64,000 bases of DNA. It comes from Octopus vulgaris. Its lineage: Eukaryota. Of this stretch, positions 40,750 to 55,139 are shown one piece after another; positions within the stretch are counted from its first letter, which is position 1; every line of letters begins with the position of its first letter. Made by a program: the position numbers and the translations under genes. Below the pieces are notes generated by a model. That model was not told where the DNA came from and ran no database searches. It saw nothing but the letters and a program-made list of their open reading frames with translations. The DNA is taken from assembly GCA_951406725.2 (NCBI GenBank), contig OX597834.1, forward strand, positions 22,816,001-22,880,000, in the 5' to 3' direction.

Positions 40750-41135
40750 CAACGGAACCTACTGAAGCAAGCCAGCATGTTCACGGCTTTACCAAGGGCA
40801 ATGGCGAGACTAAGGCGTTGGGAAAACCAAGCACCCTGACAGGCATCACCTGACGCTTTGGTGAGGCGAGCTGCCAACGATAAGAACTCAGCCGTTAGTG
40901 GCCCAGTCCCTTCAAAAGTTTCAAACGTCACAGGTTGGAAGAGATAGTTCACTGCCAGGTGCTGATAGTTAAGGGTTTTGTTCCATTTGGCTACAAAATC
41001 AGCGATCCTCCCATTTACCACAACATGCAGGATGTGGGTGGGGGCATAACAGTCACAGACTGTGGCGTCCCAGATGAGGCATCTACCCAGGGACAGAGGG
41101 TAAGACCATCAGGTCTCTTCCCATCACTGATATCA
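40750..41135 (-). mobile_element. CRE-clade retrotransposon endonuclease domain fragment
   Basis: SDGKRPDGLTL.PW, LIWDATVCD, FQPVTFET, WFSQRLSLAI..G. Confidence 0.72.
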
Positions 41136-42264
41136 GAAAACAATGCCACTGGTTATGGTGAAAAAGTACCAGCCAAATGCATACCAGAATCTTATGTATT
41201 AAATGCATACAGCTTGTTTGAACCTATTGCTCCAGGATAAATGTGAACAAAATATAATATCAATGCAGCTGAGTAGGAATTTGGGGAGGAGATAAACAAT
41301 TCTTGACTGATAAAACTTGTGATGTGAAAGGTGCACCAGCTTAAGAATAAATCGATCACAGTTGGGTTAGATTACAGAAACACATTTCATTATTTTACCT
41401 TGCCTGTAGATACTAGAATCCCTTTGACTTAGCAAGGAACAATATTGGATCACTGTTCTGAAAATGAATATATCTATTGTGTTGTCATGTTTGTTCTAGA
41501 TTATCACCAATAACAAAATATCAACAAATATGTTCCTTTATTAATAAAAAAAGAAGAAACTAAAATACAAATATGAGAACACAGGTTTTATTTCAGCTCC
41601 AATTTATTAAGAAAAAATCACAAAGAATTTTAAGGTCAGGATGAAGATTCTGACCTCCAAACTGAGAAAATGTAGTGGTATCTTATACAATAGACATGTT
41701 CCCAGGGCAGCATGGGAAATGAATAAAAGGACTGGAGACATATAATCACAGACTATACTCTGTGCATTTACAATCAGTTCAACATCAATTACATTGACAC
41801 ATGCAACTAGCATTTAACTTAATGATGGTTAAGAACTGATGAAATAACTCAAATCTTACCAACAATGAAATCATTCCTTTGATAAGATTCTTCATACATA
41901 AACTTTAAACTAGAATATATAAAGTACATGAATGAATGTATAATGATATAATTATATCCTAGTATAGAATGATAAAATGTTTTCTATGGTTTGTGTATTT
42001 CATCATAATATAACAACTGTTATGATGTTGTCTCTGATTTATAACAATATTTATTAATTTGTCTTTTTCTTTCCATTCTGGAGAGAGTTTCATGGGATAT
42101 ATGAGTTTCCTGAAACAATGCATTTGTTAACATATTGCAATGGTAAGATCACACCAATGTAAATATAGTGTTTATTATAGATTAAAGAGGTGTTACTCAT
42201 ATATTTGCTCTGTGTCAATACATCTATGAGTAACACTTTTCATAGAATGATTGTGCTGATAGGT

Positions 42265-43380
<1,116 letters not shown>

Positions 43381-44105
43381 TTATTAGCTTATTGCCAACA
43401 AATATTTCTACTGCAGCATCTTCATTCGCTGTGATTTCCTAAAGCGAAGTATTTTGTAAATTTGTTCAATTTTAATTTAAAAACGAAATAATCCTGCACA
43501 TATTCAAGGCAGTGAAGAACTGGAAATATTTCTCATTAGTTCCTCCACTGGTTCATATAAACAGAATCATATCTGCTCTGTACAGCATCCTCCATTTGTC
43601 TTTAAAAGATCCACTTGAAGCATAAGAAATCTTCTTAAGCCAATGACATCCAATATTCTGAAATAGAGAAATGATATTAGCTATATAGAATACTCCGAAA
43701 TAGCGATTCATTGGAAATTTTACTACATTTCTATTTTGATAAGATGATAAATTGAGGTGTAAGTGTGGCTTTGTGGCTAAGATGTTTGCCTGCTAACTCC
43801 AGTGTTTCAGGTTCAGTCCCAATGTATTGTACCTTAGGCAAGTGCTTCTGCTGTAGCCACAGGCTATTTAAACCTTGAGAATGGATTTGGTAGATGGAAA
43901 CTGAAAGAAGCCCATCCTGCATGCTTATAAATATGTGTTTACGCAAGTGCGAGATAGTATATTTTTTGTCTCCTGTGACTGATGTAAATGTGTGCCAATA
44001 TTGTACTACAAGAGCATGTCTGCCCATGGGGAAATATTACCTCGCTGGGAAACAGGTAAAAGTTGGTAGTGGACTGAAAGTAAATACCATCGTTTGTATG
44101 AACCA

Positions 44106-44497
44106 CTAGCAGTATCGCCCGGCGTTGCTCGAATCTGTTTCGACCCTTTAGAATTGGAATTTTTGAAAAGTAAAAATTTTGCATTATGTAACTTGTTATT
44201 CTCTTCAAGTGAACATTTTTCTGGTTGAAATACACCGAAGAATGGCGACACAGCAGTCAAAAAAATCGTAAAAAATAGTGATTTTCATAGAAAAAAAGCA
44301 CCATTTTGATGTAAATAGTTTTTGGTGTTAACATGGTCCGATTTGAATTTTTCTTCTACGGAAGGAAGAGCAAGCCTTCTTCTATCATACTCTCAATTTT
44401 GGTCAACTTGTGCCGCAGGGTCTCGGAGGAGATGGTGTTGGTTGAAAGCTACCAAACCTGCCATACACAGACAACTTCAGCTTTATATAGAGAGAGA
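44106..44497 (-). mobile_element. Non-autonomous Helitron with a different body, in the ZNF4 intron
   Basis: Minus-strand TC start; 3' cgagcaacgccgggcgatactgCTAG identical to the 531-1049 end. Confidence 0.72.
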
Positions 44498-45048
44498 TGA
44501 GGCCATTGAGCATTGTAGAAGTGAAGGGAAACCCGAAGTCACACACTATGTATATATATATATAACAGGAAGCTTTATGAAAATAAACAAAAGACGAAGG
44601 CAGGTGGAGTACAAACAAACAATTGTATTAGTATGGCGCTCAGGAATATAAATAAATCAAGTCTTTTACGTTTCGAGCCTACGCCTTTCGACAGAAAGAT
44701 ACACAGAAAAAAATAAGGAGAGAAAAAAACTGCGTGCAGAAGCTAGCGATTCAACATATACACACACACACACAAAGCTTCTATCGGTTTCCATCGCCCT
44801 AGAGCTATAGTAGCAAAAACCTATCCAAGGAACCATAGAGTGGGACTGAAACTGAAACGATGTCAGAAATTGAACACGGCCTTGCTTGCACAATTTCATA
44901 AATACATATAATACACACGTACATATATTATTACACTTTACCATTTTCTCTTGACGTAAAGTAATAACAGATAACAAGTCTAGATGTGACTTCAGATATG
45001 ATGTCTTCTGAGACTACACATTCAATATTACCTAGGTGCACAATTATA

Positions 45049-45233
45049 TTGGGTTGGTGCATAAATTTTATTTAACAAAAACATCTTTAAATGACGGTCT
45101 GACCGTCTGCCAAGCAAAATGGGAAACAGTAATTGAAGTAGATGGTGAATATGCTCCGGAATAATCATTTAAAGATGTTTTTGTTGAATAAAATTTGTTG
45201 AAAAAAAGCCGCAATAATTATGCACCAATCCAA
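45049..45233. mobile_element. Mariner-derived MITE
   Basis: TA target duplication; TIRs ttgggttggtgcataa / ttatgcaccaatccaa; internal WETVIEVDGEY remnant. Confidence 0.8.
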
Positions 45234-45910
45234 TACCATCTCGAGAATCAAATGTAGCAAACAAAAGACAATTTCAAAAGAAATTATATATTTCGTAGTT
45301 GTCTATGAACTATCTTAAAATTTTCAGAATAACGTGGAATTTTCCATGGGTACTGCTAGTGTAAACGTTAAGGTAGATATATGTATACATTGCATACCCC
45401 TACTCCGGAGAACTAGTTATCCTATTCTTTTAGCTATTATACTTTATTACTTTACAAAGAGAATTCATCTTACGCTTCTCGAACTTTTTGCAAGAAAAAA
45501 AAGGGTAAAAAAAAAAAGATACAATTGCTTTTATGCTCTTCTTTAACCCGGCCAGGTTTGATTGAGCAGATGATCTGTGATCCAGTTTAGACTGCTTACA
45601 GGGATGTTGTTACAAATTTTGAGAGATTAAACAAAAGAAAACTTATAACGATCAAACTGTAAAAAAGAAATTGAGGAAAATTATAAACAAAAATACCTTG
45701 TATAAATGTCAGGTATTCGCAAGTTAGTAATCGGTGGCGATATGTGTTACTCAACAGAGCAGTACAATGTAGATATCATATAACTTCAGATACATATGAC
45801 TATTTTTCCATTATTTCATGTTTGAAAATAAATAAAATAATTCTTTGGATAGACTTGATACTAGTTAATGATATTTTACGACATTCCTCACTCTAGACGG
45901 GCGGTGCAAA

Positions 45911-45935
45911 GTCAATATCCGGTTGAACATGCGCA
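45911..45935 (-). promoter_or_regulatory. Conserved ZNF upstream motif, unit 4
   Basis: GTCAATATCCGGTTGAACATGCGCA. Confidence 0.75.
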
Positions 45936-46479
45936 ATGCGAATTGTCATTTTAGCGAAGGAAATTTTAAGTGCGGACACTGCATTAAGCATGTGTACATA
46001 TTTCAATGTATTTATAACCTGACTTGTTCTCTATATGTTCAATGTTGTTAGGTCTTTGTAGATGATCATCGTCTTTTAACGACATAGTATAGAAGGAAAG
46101 ATATCAGGGTAACTCCGTTCGTAGGAGAGGATGAAACATTGTAACTGAATAAATCGGGAAGTTAAGAGAAGTTAGAAGTACTTAAGAAGACAAGAGAAGC
46201 TGAAAAATATTGAAGAAAAAAGAAAAAAATGTGAAATTTTAATAGACTAAGCAAACTTCAAAAGACCATCGAAGAAACTCTGTATAAAATGTCAAATTCT
46301 GGAAGAATTTCGTAAAATTTTGAAAGCTTCAAAGTCATGAAATTATAGTTTAAAGATTGATGAGTAGGTAGGTAGGTAGATAGATAGGACCTACAAATGA
46401 CATGTAATTTGTGGATAGCCTTGTTCCTAGTTGTTACGTTCAGTTCACATTCGTGAGCGTTTTCAGATCAAAGACCTTT

Positions 46480-46790
46480 AGACGTTCATTTTGCTATATG
46501 AGGTGTTTATTACCAGCGATGGTTAAGGCCCTGGAAGCAGCTAAGCCTAGGGCTCTCTTTTTAATGAAATATGTCTCCTTTATTCTGAGGTTGACTGCAT
46601 CTGTCGCTTTTGCCAGTATACGGGTGGAGAAACCTCCACCCTAATGTTGGTAGTGTTGGAATACAACACTAGGTCATGTGGAGGTATTCCTTTAATATGA
46701 AACTGTCTTTTTATCCTATGTATGTTTCGCCGCAAGAACACCATTTTGTATACCACGCGAGATTGAAAACAACTGGCCGTTGTTTGTTGG
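46480..46790 (-). mobile_element. Penelope-like GIY-YIG fragment
   Basis: CSCGETYIG and LRIKETYFI remnants. Confidence 0.5.
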
Positions 46791-49140
46791 CTGCCTTTCT
46801 TTGATTGGGCATTGGTTCAAACAGCATGTGTCCAGTGTGTTGTTTGTGTGAGAGAGATAGTGTCAAAGGGTGTGACCTCGTCTCGTGATTCTGAAGGGGA
46901 GACCAGATATTGGTTCTCATTAGGAAACAGCCTAACCAAATATAAAAATCCACAACCCATCTATATAGGTTACACAGGTGGCCCTGATGTCTGATATAGA
47001 ACTACAAGTTAATACGGCAACCCTAATTTAACTATGGCTCAACACTACGGTAACCCTGATGCCTATCATTAAATTAGTGTCCAGCAAACTAACCTGACAG
47101 AAAAGGGCCAGCAAAACAGCTTCCAAAATGTCAAAACAAGCTACGACGACTCAATTATGGCAAAGAAACGAACAACATAACACTCATAAGTAAATGAAAC
47201 GATTTATTTATACATAAACTTTACACTATTTACAATGGTTACTTGCTGGAGACTGTGGTGCTGTTTGCCTGCAGAGAGACAGGAATATCTGTTGTTTTGG
47301 CTTACAATTAAACAGCTATTTGTTCATGGTAGCAAACGATTCATTTTAAGCCAGTGTAGAGCTGTGACAAAGAAACTTGTCTTTTCCTGGGCCGCTAATG
47401 CTTTTCTCTGTCTTGTATTTCTATATTTATAGCCATTTAAAAATAAACTGTTATGCTTGGGCAGTTTCACCTATAAAATCATCATCATCGTTTAATGTCC
47501 GATTTCCATGCTAGCATCGGTTGGACGAATGACTGAAGGCTGGCGAACTAGATGGCTGCAACAGGCTTCAATCTTGATCTGGCAGAGTTTCTACAGCTGG
47601 GTGGGTGCTCTTCCTAACGCCAACCACTCCGAGAGTGTAGTGGGTGCTTTTACGTGCCACCGGCACGGGGGCGGTACTGGCAACGACCTCACTCGAATCT
47701 TTTACACATGCCACCGGTACAGGTGCCAGTAAGCCAATGCTGGTAACGATCACGCTCAAATGGTGTCTTTTAAGTGCCACCGGCACGGTGTCCAGCAGAT
47801 ATTTAATACTGTAACGGTGCTTAAAAGAGCCAAATCTGTGATGAATTTGTTCTGGCTTTTTAAAAGTTGGCATCAACCCACTTTACCTAATATTGATGAT
47901 AATGATCCTCACACACATTTGTTTTTATGTTAAGTTATAATAAAACCATATTTATATTAAATTGAAGGATTACTAAATACTCTTTGTAAAGTTTATATTT
48001 ATTATTCTTTAACAAGAATAGTATTGACAGCGACTTTGAAGTTTTGGCCTGCTAAGCTATCATTGAACTGGCTTTATATAGTTTCTGTTAAGTTAAAATT
48101 TTCAGGGGTAGGTGAAGCTATGTGGAATGATAATTAAGTTGTAAAGTAGGTTGTGATGGGGAAATATTCTGAAAGATTTTTATTGAATAAATTTAAGGTT
48201 GTATTATTATTTAGAATGCGTGTAGAACTTTGTAATCAAAATTCAGTCCATCATTTAAACCTTAGTAATCAGGTAAGGTTTTAGGTGGAAAGGTAAGTTG
48301 GTCTGTAGGTTTCTTTACTTGTTGCTGGCTCTCACTTGGCTACCATCAACTAACTGGCTATATCACATGTTCATACTATAACCATCATTGTTATTATTTA
48401 ATGTATCAAGTTATTTTATTTTTTTTATCTCTCATTCACTGTTTGATAACCTCTTTACCTAGTATTTAATACCAATTTCTGTCAACAAATTATAATTTCA
48501 AAGCACACAATTAATGTAAAGCTTAAGAAATACATTTTTTTGTGAACTCTATTATTTATGGTTGTCCAATCCAAACTGTGCCAGTGTACTGGGAGAAGGG
48601 TGCATTGATGGATGGCCCACAAAATATAATACCATGTATTTATATTTATACATGCAAATTAGCATTGAATCATTAAATAAATATGACAAAAATATAAATT
48701 TTACTGACAACAGAACCAGTCTTTTATTGGGATACACAGATAATTAAAATTTAAACTAGAATATTTACTAGATACATGAATAAAAATGCATAAGATTGAA
48801 ATTATATACAAGATACAATGGTATTGTATCATGTATTATTTCTTTTGCACAGATGTTGTATAGAATATATATGAAGAAGCTGAAACAGTACTTTCATGAG
48901 CAATATTAGCGTTAAGATCTGTCACCAATGTAGATATTTGCTGTGATTGTACAAAACATAGTGTTAAGAGGTTTTTATTGAAGTATTGTTATCTGAGATG
49001 TTGAAGGCTTTGTCAAATGGATTCTCTGTGTGAATATATTTCTGTGTATATATTAACACAGAGTCACTTCTGAAGTTGAAAGCATTTACTCTTTTGCAAA
49101 AATATGCACATATGTAGTTATGTGATATTTATCACTAATA

Positions 49141-50256
49141 TCAACAACATAGTTTTTCTTCTGTATGAATACACTTGTGCCTAGCTAAGCTACCTGTGTG
49201 GGAGAATGATTTATTACAGATGTCACAGTGGTATGGTTTCTCACCTGTATGAATGCGTTTGTGTCTAGTTGCATTACTACTTTTAGAAAAAGTTTTACCA
49301 CAGATATCACAGTGATATGGCTTCTCACCAGTATGAATACGTTTGTGTTTAGTTAAGTGACTTCTTTCAGAGAAAAATTTATCACAGACATCACAGGGAA
49401 ATGGCTTCTCTCCTGTATGAATACGTTTGTGTTTTGCTAAGTTACCTGGGTCAGATAATGATTTACCACAGATGTCACAGTGATATGGTTTCTCTCCTGT
49501 ATGAATGTGTCTGTGGACAGTTAATTCCCCACTTGCAACAAATGTTTTACCACAGATATCACAGAGGTATGGCTTTTCTCCTGTATGAATGCGTTTATGT
49601 ATAGTTAATTGACTATTTGCAGAGAACGATTTACCACAGATATCACAGTGATATGGCTTCTCTCCTGTATGGATGCGTTTGTGACTGGTTAAGTGACTAC
49701 TTCCAGTGAATGACTTACCACAGATATCACAATGGTATGGCTTTTCTCCAGTATGAATGCGCGTGTGGGTAGTTAATTCACTACTTCCAGAGAAAGATTT
49801 ACCACAAATATCACAGTGATATGGTTTCTCTCCAGTATGAATGCGTTTGTGGATAGTTAAGGCATTTCTATGAGAGAATGATTTCCTACAGATATCACAT
49901 TGGTATGGTTTCTCTCCTGTATGGGTACGTATGTGAGTAGTCAAGTCACTACTTCGATAGAATGATTTGCTACAAATATCACAGTGATGTGGTTTCTCTC
50001 CAGTATGAATACGTTTGTGTTTACTTAAGACACTTTCTTCAAAGAAGGACTTACGACAAATATCACAATTATATGGTCTCTCTCCTCTATGAAAGCATTT
50101 GTGAGCAATAAGGTTACCATTTTGAGAGAATGATTTACCACACATATCACAGTGATATGATGTTTTTCCCCTGTCTTTCAGCATTTCCTCACAAAAATCC
50201 ATAGTTTCAGATTCTGTTTTACATTTAACCTGGCTGTTTTGTAAGTCATTTTCCAT
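49141..50256 (-). CDS. C2H2 zinc-finger protein 5 (12 fingers, 371 aa)
   Basis: Tandem C2H2 array; ATG at 50256 chosen because its context matches the paralogues (the ORF track starts at a TTG). Confidence 0.92.
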   Translation of the reverse strand: MENDLQNSQVKCKTESETMDFCEEMLKDRGKTSYHCDMCGKSFSQNGNLIAHKCFHRGERPYNCDICRKSFFEESVLSKHKRIHTGEKPHHCDICSKSFYRSSDLTTHIRTHTGEKPYQCDICRKSFSHRNALTIHKRIHTGEKPYHCDICGKSFSGSSELTTHTRIHTGEKPYHCDICGKSFTGSSHLTSHKRIHTGEKPYHCDICGKSFSANSQLTIHKRIHTGEKPYLCDICGKTFVASGELTVHRHIHTGEKPYHCDICGKSLSDPGNLAKHKRIHTGEKPFPCDVCDKFFSERSHLTKHKRIHTGEKPYHCDICGKTFSKSSNATRHKRIHTGEKPYHCDICNKSFSHTGSLARHKCIHTEEKLCC

Positions 50257-51016
50257 AGTTATATTCAAACTTCAAGTTATATTTCAAACAACTGTGATCT
50301 TCCTCGATACATCACTATATCACAAATTTCAAATATGTGTCAAATTCTTGAGGATGCCAAATTACCTTGTCACATTCTAAACAGCAAAAGTTTTGAAACT
50401 TTAACAATTTCAGTTCAAAGGAAAGGTTCAATAGGAATTCAACAATGGATTTATACAGAGAGGATTGTAAGTCATGTGTAATGTCTTCATTTAGATTTTA
50501 ATAGATAAATTTTGATGATGTATCTTGTGTGTAAATTCTTTTATACCAATGTGTTCTGAAATAATAGAGAAAGAGTGTAAGATATAGGGATTACTTAAAA
50601 GCAGAGAATCAACAGTTGAAAATTTTTCCTACAGTGAGCAGAAGGTAATTAAGTTGGTTATGGAGGCAGTAGAAGTTGCTTCAAGGGTTAGAAATGTGAG
50701 TCCTGGTGGGTAGTTAGTGACTGGAAACAAGATAAGGCTCGGTGAACCATAGATGGGTCACCTTATAGAATTTTGGTATATCACTGTCGTCACTTCCGGT
50801 TTCTATCGCAATTTACTTTCATTTTTTACGGACAACTTACTTTCACTATTTTACGATAATGAACGGTATTTTAAACAAATACAGACGTGAAATCTGACCT
50901 GAACAATTCAAATTTTACTTCTTAATTTAAAATTATATCATACAACCCTGTTTGAAATGAACATATTTATAGACTGCAACTTTAGATTGTGTAACATTAC
51001 ACGTGTTAACCTATAG

Positions 51017-51204
51017 CAGGGGTCCCTAAACTTTTTACGCCATCGACCCCTTCAAGGAATCCTCGACTCTTCATCGACCCTCCCCCCAGGCATGTACAAG
51101 AAAATAAATAATAATAAAGTTGATGTGCTGTTATGCATTTATTGACCCCCTGAATAGTCCCACGGATCCCCAGGGGTCGATATCGAACACTTTAGAGATA
51201 TCGG
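51017..51204. mobile_element. hAT-like MITE in the ZNF5 intron
   Basis: CAGGGGTCCCTAAACT end; degenerate 8-bp TSD acctatag/aactataa. Confidence 0.5.
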
Positions 51205-51644
51205 AACTATAAAATAGTGGATTTTAACACTCGTCTGACTCCAGAGAGGTCACTGATCGTCGTATAGTCTCCGGTAAAATGTGACTAAACTCACGTTTAA
51301 AGGGGTGCAACGAATTTGATGACATCAAACAAAATGAAACATTATATCAATAAAAGATGGAAAAAAAAGAGGAAATCAAGAGGACAACATGAACAAAAGA
51401 TACCAAGTATGAATTATAGCAAATTGTTTGAGGAAATCGGCGACAGTGGACATGTGTGTTAACCTGAATACAGAATTAGTACTACATGAATATTACAATA
51501 TAGTAGGTATATGTAAATATTACAGTAAATAAATAGGATTACTTTACCATGAGTTTATGTTTCAGCTAACAAAAATATTCTTTGCATGGTTGAGATTGGA
51601 ATAAAAATATTGTTTAGCTGTCAATCTGTACAGTGATGTTTTCG

Positions 51645-51669
51645 GTCAATATCCGGTTGAACATGCGCA
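51645..51669 (-). promoter_or_regulatory. Conserved ZNF upstream motif, unit 5
   Basis: GTCAATATCCGGTTGAACATGCGCA. Confidence 0.75.
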
Positions 51670-51696
51670 CGCATGGCGAACTTCTTTGCCAGTTAA

Positions 51697-51953
51697 AAAT
51701 AATAATAATAAACATTGTGTACAGTGCTCAGGTGCACTACAACTCATCTAAAGTGTATATATAATCAGGTGTAGTTTCGACGGATTTCGGAAAGCATGAG
51801 GGCCTTAAAGGATGCAGTGTCATGGCAGTCAACAACTGACGCAGGCAGTTTATTCCATGCTTCAGCAACTCTGAGTGTGAAGAAATGTTTCCGAAAGTCA
51901 TGGGAGCTGTGTTGTTTTCTGACTTTGTAGGCATGTCCACGTGTGTTAGACAC
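51697..51953 (-). mobile_element. 3' end of a CR1-like LINE, same family as 32080-33035
   Basis: NTRGHAYKVRKQHSSHDFRKHFF identical; includes 3' UTR and (TTA)n tail. Confidence 0.85.
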
Positions 51954-53049
51954 AGGACTTGTCTATGTCGAAAAACCATTTTTCCATTCCGTTATCATCG
52001 ACGTGGGCGAGCGCGCGTGTCTATCTATCTATCTATCTATGTTTGTGTGTGTGTGTTTCTATTTAGCATGCAGTTTAGTGTAAAAAGGTGAAAGTAAACT
52101 TTGACGCCCGTGTCATACCACAATTTCGTAAACACAGGCACCCAGTTGTGTGATAATATTGTAGTGATAGTATAGGCATTTCAGAAGTAGCAGTTGAGGT
52201 ACGCCGCTGTAATGTGTTATACCCAAAAGCACCTGAGAAAATCCTCAAGGACGCGTTTGTTATCTGATGGGTGGGTTTCCCGAGTAAGTTCATATATAGT
52301 TGTAAAGTTCTGAAACATTCCTCAATTTTTGTTCCTCCAATGATGAGAGAATCCATACGTAAACAGTAAGGGCGGCGAATGCTCCACAAAAAAAAAAAAA
52401 TGAGGTGACAATGCTGAACGGGAGGTGCTTTATGTGCATTGTACCTGAATGGTCTATGAGGCAAATTAGGTTCGGTGACTGTGGAAAAGCTATATGTATT
52501 TTTAACGCATAGTTTTATATCATCATCTTCATCATTTAACATCCGTTTTCCAAGCTGTTATGGGTGGGACGGTTTGGCAGGAGCTGACTAATTGAAGGGC
52601 TGTTCAGGCTCCCTGTGTGTTTTGGCATGGTTTCTACGGCTGGATGCCTTTTCCTAACGCCAACTATGTTACAGATTAGGAATGCTTAGCTGGAGAGGGT
52701 TGCAGTGGGTGGGACTGTATGCAAGGACAACCACACTTCTACTTAGCTTGACATGTCTTTTCAAGCGAAACAAACTGCCAGGAATCTTGGTCCCCTGTCA
52801 CCCCTTCTGTGAGTCCCAATGTCTGTAGATCCTTTCTCACCACTTTGTTCCATGTCTCCCTTGGTCTACCCCTTCCACATGTTTCCTCTACAATTAGATA
52901 TAGCACCTCTTGATGCAACTGTCTTCATTCATATGCATTACATAGTCATACCAGTGCAGTCTTCTCTCTTACACACTACATCTGATGTCTCGTGTGCCCA
53001 GTTTTTCTCTCAAATCATTTACACTCTGTCATATATGCACACTGACATT

Positions 53050-53650
53050 ACCCACCCAGGAAGCTCTCTTGAGGTAGTAAATAGTTTCTGCTATTTAGTT
53101 GACCAAATTAGAAAAAGGTGGTGGATGCTCTGAAAGTATTGTTTCTAGAATAAGAATACGATGTAGGAAGTTCAGAGAACTACTGCCTGTCTTGGCAGTA
53201 AAAGGACTCTCTCTCAGAGTGAAAGGTAGGTTGGTAGATGATATGATACTCGTGTCAGAACGGCTATGTTACATGGTTGTGAGACATGGGTTCTGACTGC
53301 AGAGAACATGCATAGACTAGAGAGGAATATAGGTTGTATGCTCAGTTGGATTTGCAACATCAGTGTGCATCACCAACAATGCACAGCTGTGTTGAGATAA
53401 AAGTTAGGCATAAGAGGGATTAAATGTGGTATGCAGGAGAGGAGAATGTGTTGGTTTGGACATGTGATGTGTGTGTGAAGACAGCTGTATACAGAAATGC
53501 CTGTCACTGAAAGTGGATAGGACCTTTGGAAGAGGGAGACCCAGGAAAAAAAAAAAGGGATGAAGTGGTGAAGACTGATCTTAGGATGTTGGGGCTCTGA
53601 GAGAAATTGACAATACGAGATGTTTAGCGATATGTGGTTCTAGAGAGGAC
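53050..53650 (+). mobile_element. RTE-type LINE C-terminal fragment
   Basis: LEVVNSFCYL, GGGCSESI..RIR..KFRELLP.L..KGLSLRVKGRL, WFGHV. Confidence 0.7.
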
Positions 53651-54583
53651 ATGTACATCAAACTGAGTGCTACAAGAGTTGTCTCCTACCCACACACTTT
53701 CACCCACTCTACCCTTAGAAACTGAACTACAACTCCTTTTCTAAACTGCATCTTTCTCTTCCTCACATTTGCTCTTCATAAACTTATTGTTTTCCAATCC
53801 TCTTTCTTGCCCTCAATACCCTACTCACTGCTCCCCCACCCCTAACACTCATACCCTATTTTTCTACCCAGGTTCTATGCTCAAATCCTTGTTATTTGTG
53901 AGCATACCCTAGAACTACACCATCTCTCTTCTGCTCTCTCTCTCTTATACTTATGCTGTTTTGTACTCTCTCTCTTTCTGTTGGTCACACTTTCTCTCCT
54001 CTTGTTTTTCCTCTGACTAGGTAACCAAGTATCTCCTTTACATTAGCACACTTGTTTCTGGCCTCTTTCTTGTACCTCTCTCTTTCATTGGATAACCATG
54101 TACCTCCTCTATGGCACGACACCTATTATATATATATATATATACATACAAACACACACACACATACTTATATCGTATTATAACTATTTTATTTTACAGA
54201 TAGTGCATTTATTTTTACCATCCTTTTACAGCAGTGTTTATAAGAATACATATCTCAGCTATTTACCTCACATCAAATGATACAGTTGCATTTCTTCTGT
54301 ACTATCTCACACAACATGGTGAAAGTGTAGTAAGATAATAGAAATGCTGTTAGTAGGAGAGATTAGGAAAGTGGTGGAAGAGAAAGCAATTAAAAATGAA
54401 AATAAAATAAAACAAGATAAAAAAGTGGAATGAGGAACTTTAATTTTTGTGATATAAAAGTTTTTAAAGGTTGTAAAAGTTCATGGATGTAAGAGATTAA
54501 GGATATGAACTTTTAAAACTTGTATATATTGAAGTCTGTCATGAAATTAAACCTCCCTGTTCCTTGTTTTGCATTTATTTTAA

Positions 54584-54789
54584 CCCTTTCATTACCAACC
54601 TGCCTGAAACTGGCTCTGAGTACAAATGCCTTGTTTTCATAAGTTCTGAATTAAAATCTTCCACCAAACTTTAGTCACAATTTATGTTCCTAAAACTAGC
54701 TGAATGATTATTTTACTAAATTCTTTGTTATATTTTCAGTAACTGAAAGAAACACAGAGCATCTCAAAATATATACAGTAACAAAAGGG
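54584..54789. mobile_element. piggyBac-like MITE
   Basis: TTAA|CCCTTT...AAAGGG|TTAA. Confidence 0.7.
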
Positions 54790-55139
54790 TTAATTTATTT
54801 TTCATTTCACTTCCTTCTTAATGGTGTTACTCTCTTATCTTACTATACTTTTTCTGTTCTGGAATTATGTTAGATGGAATACAAATTACTATACTGAAAC
54901 AAATTATCTATTTACAACATCACAGCAGTATGTTATCTCAGCAAAGTAGCTACAGTTACGGTTATATAATATATAATGTTAAAAAGTTATCACACAATTA
55001 TGTCCTTCCACTGGGAATACTTTTGTGGTGATAAGAAAAGTATCATTTATAGAAGAATTTGACACTGATTGGTTTATACCTGTATAAATGTAGATATTTG
55101 TAGTTAAGTGAAATTCTTTGAGAAAACGATTTACTAATA

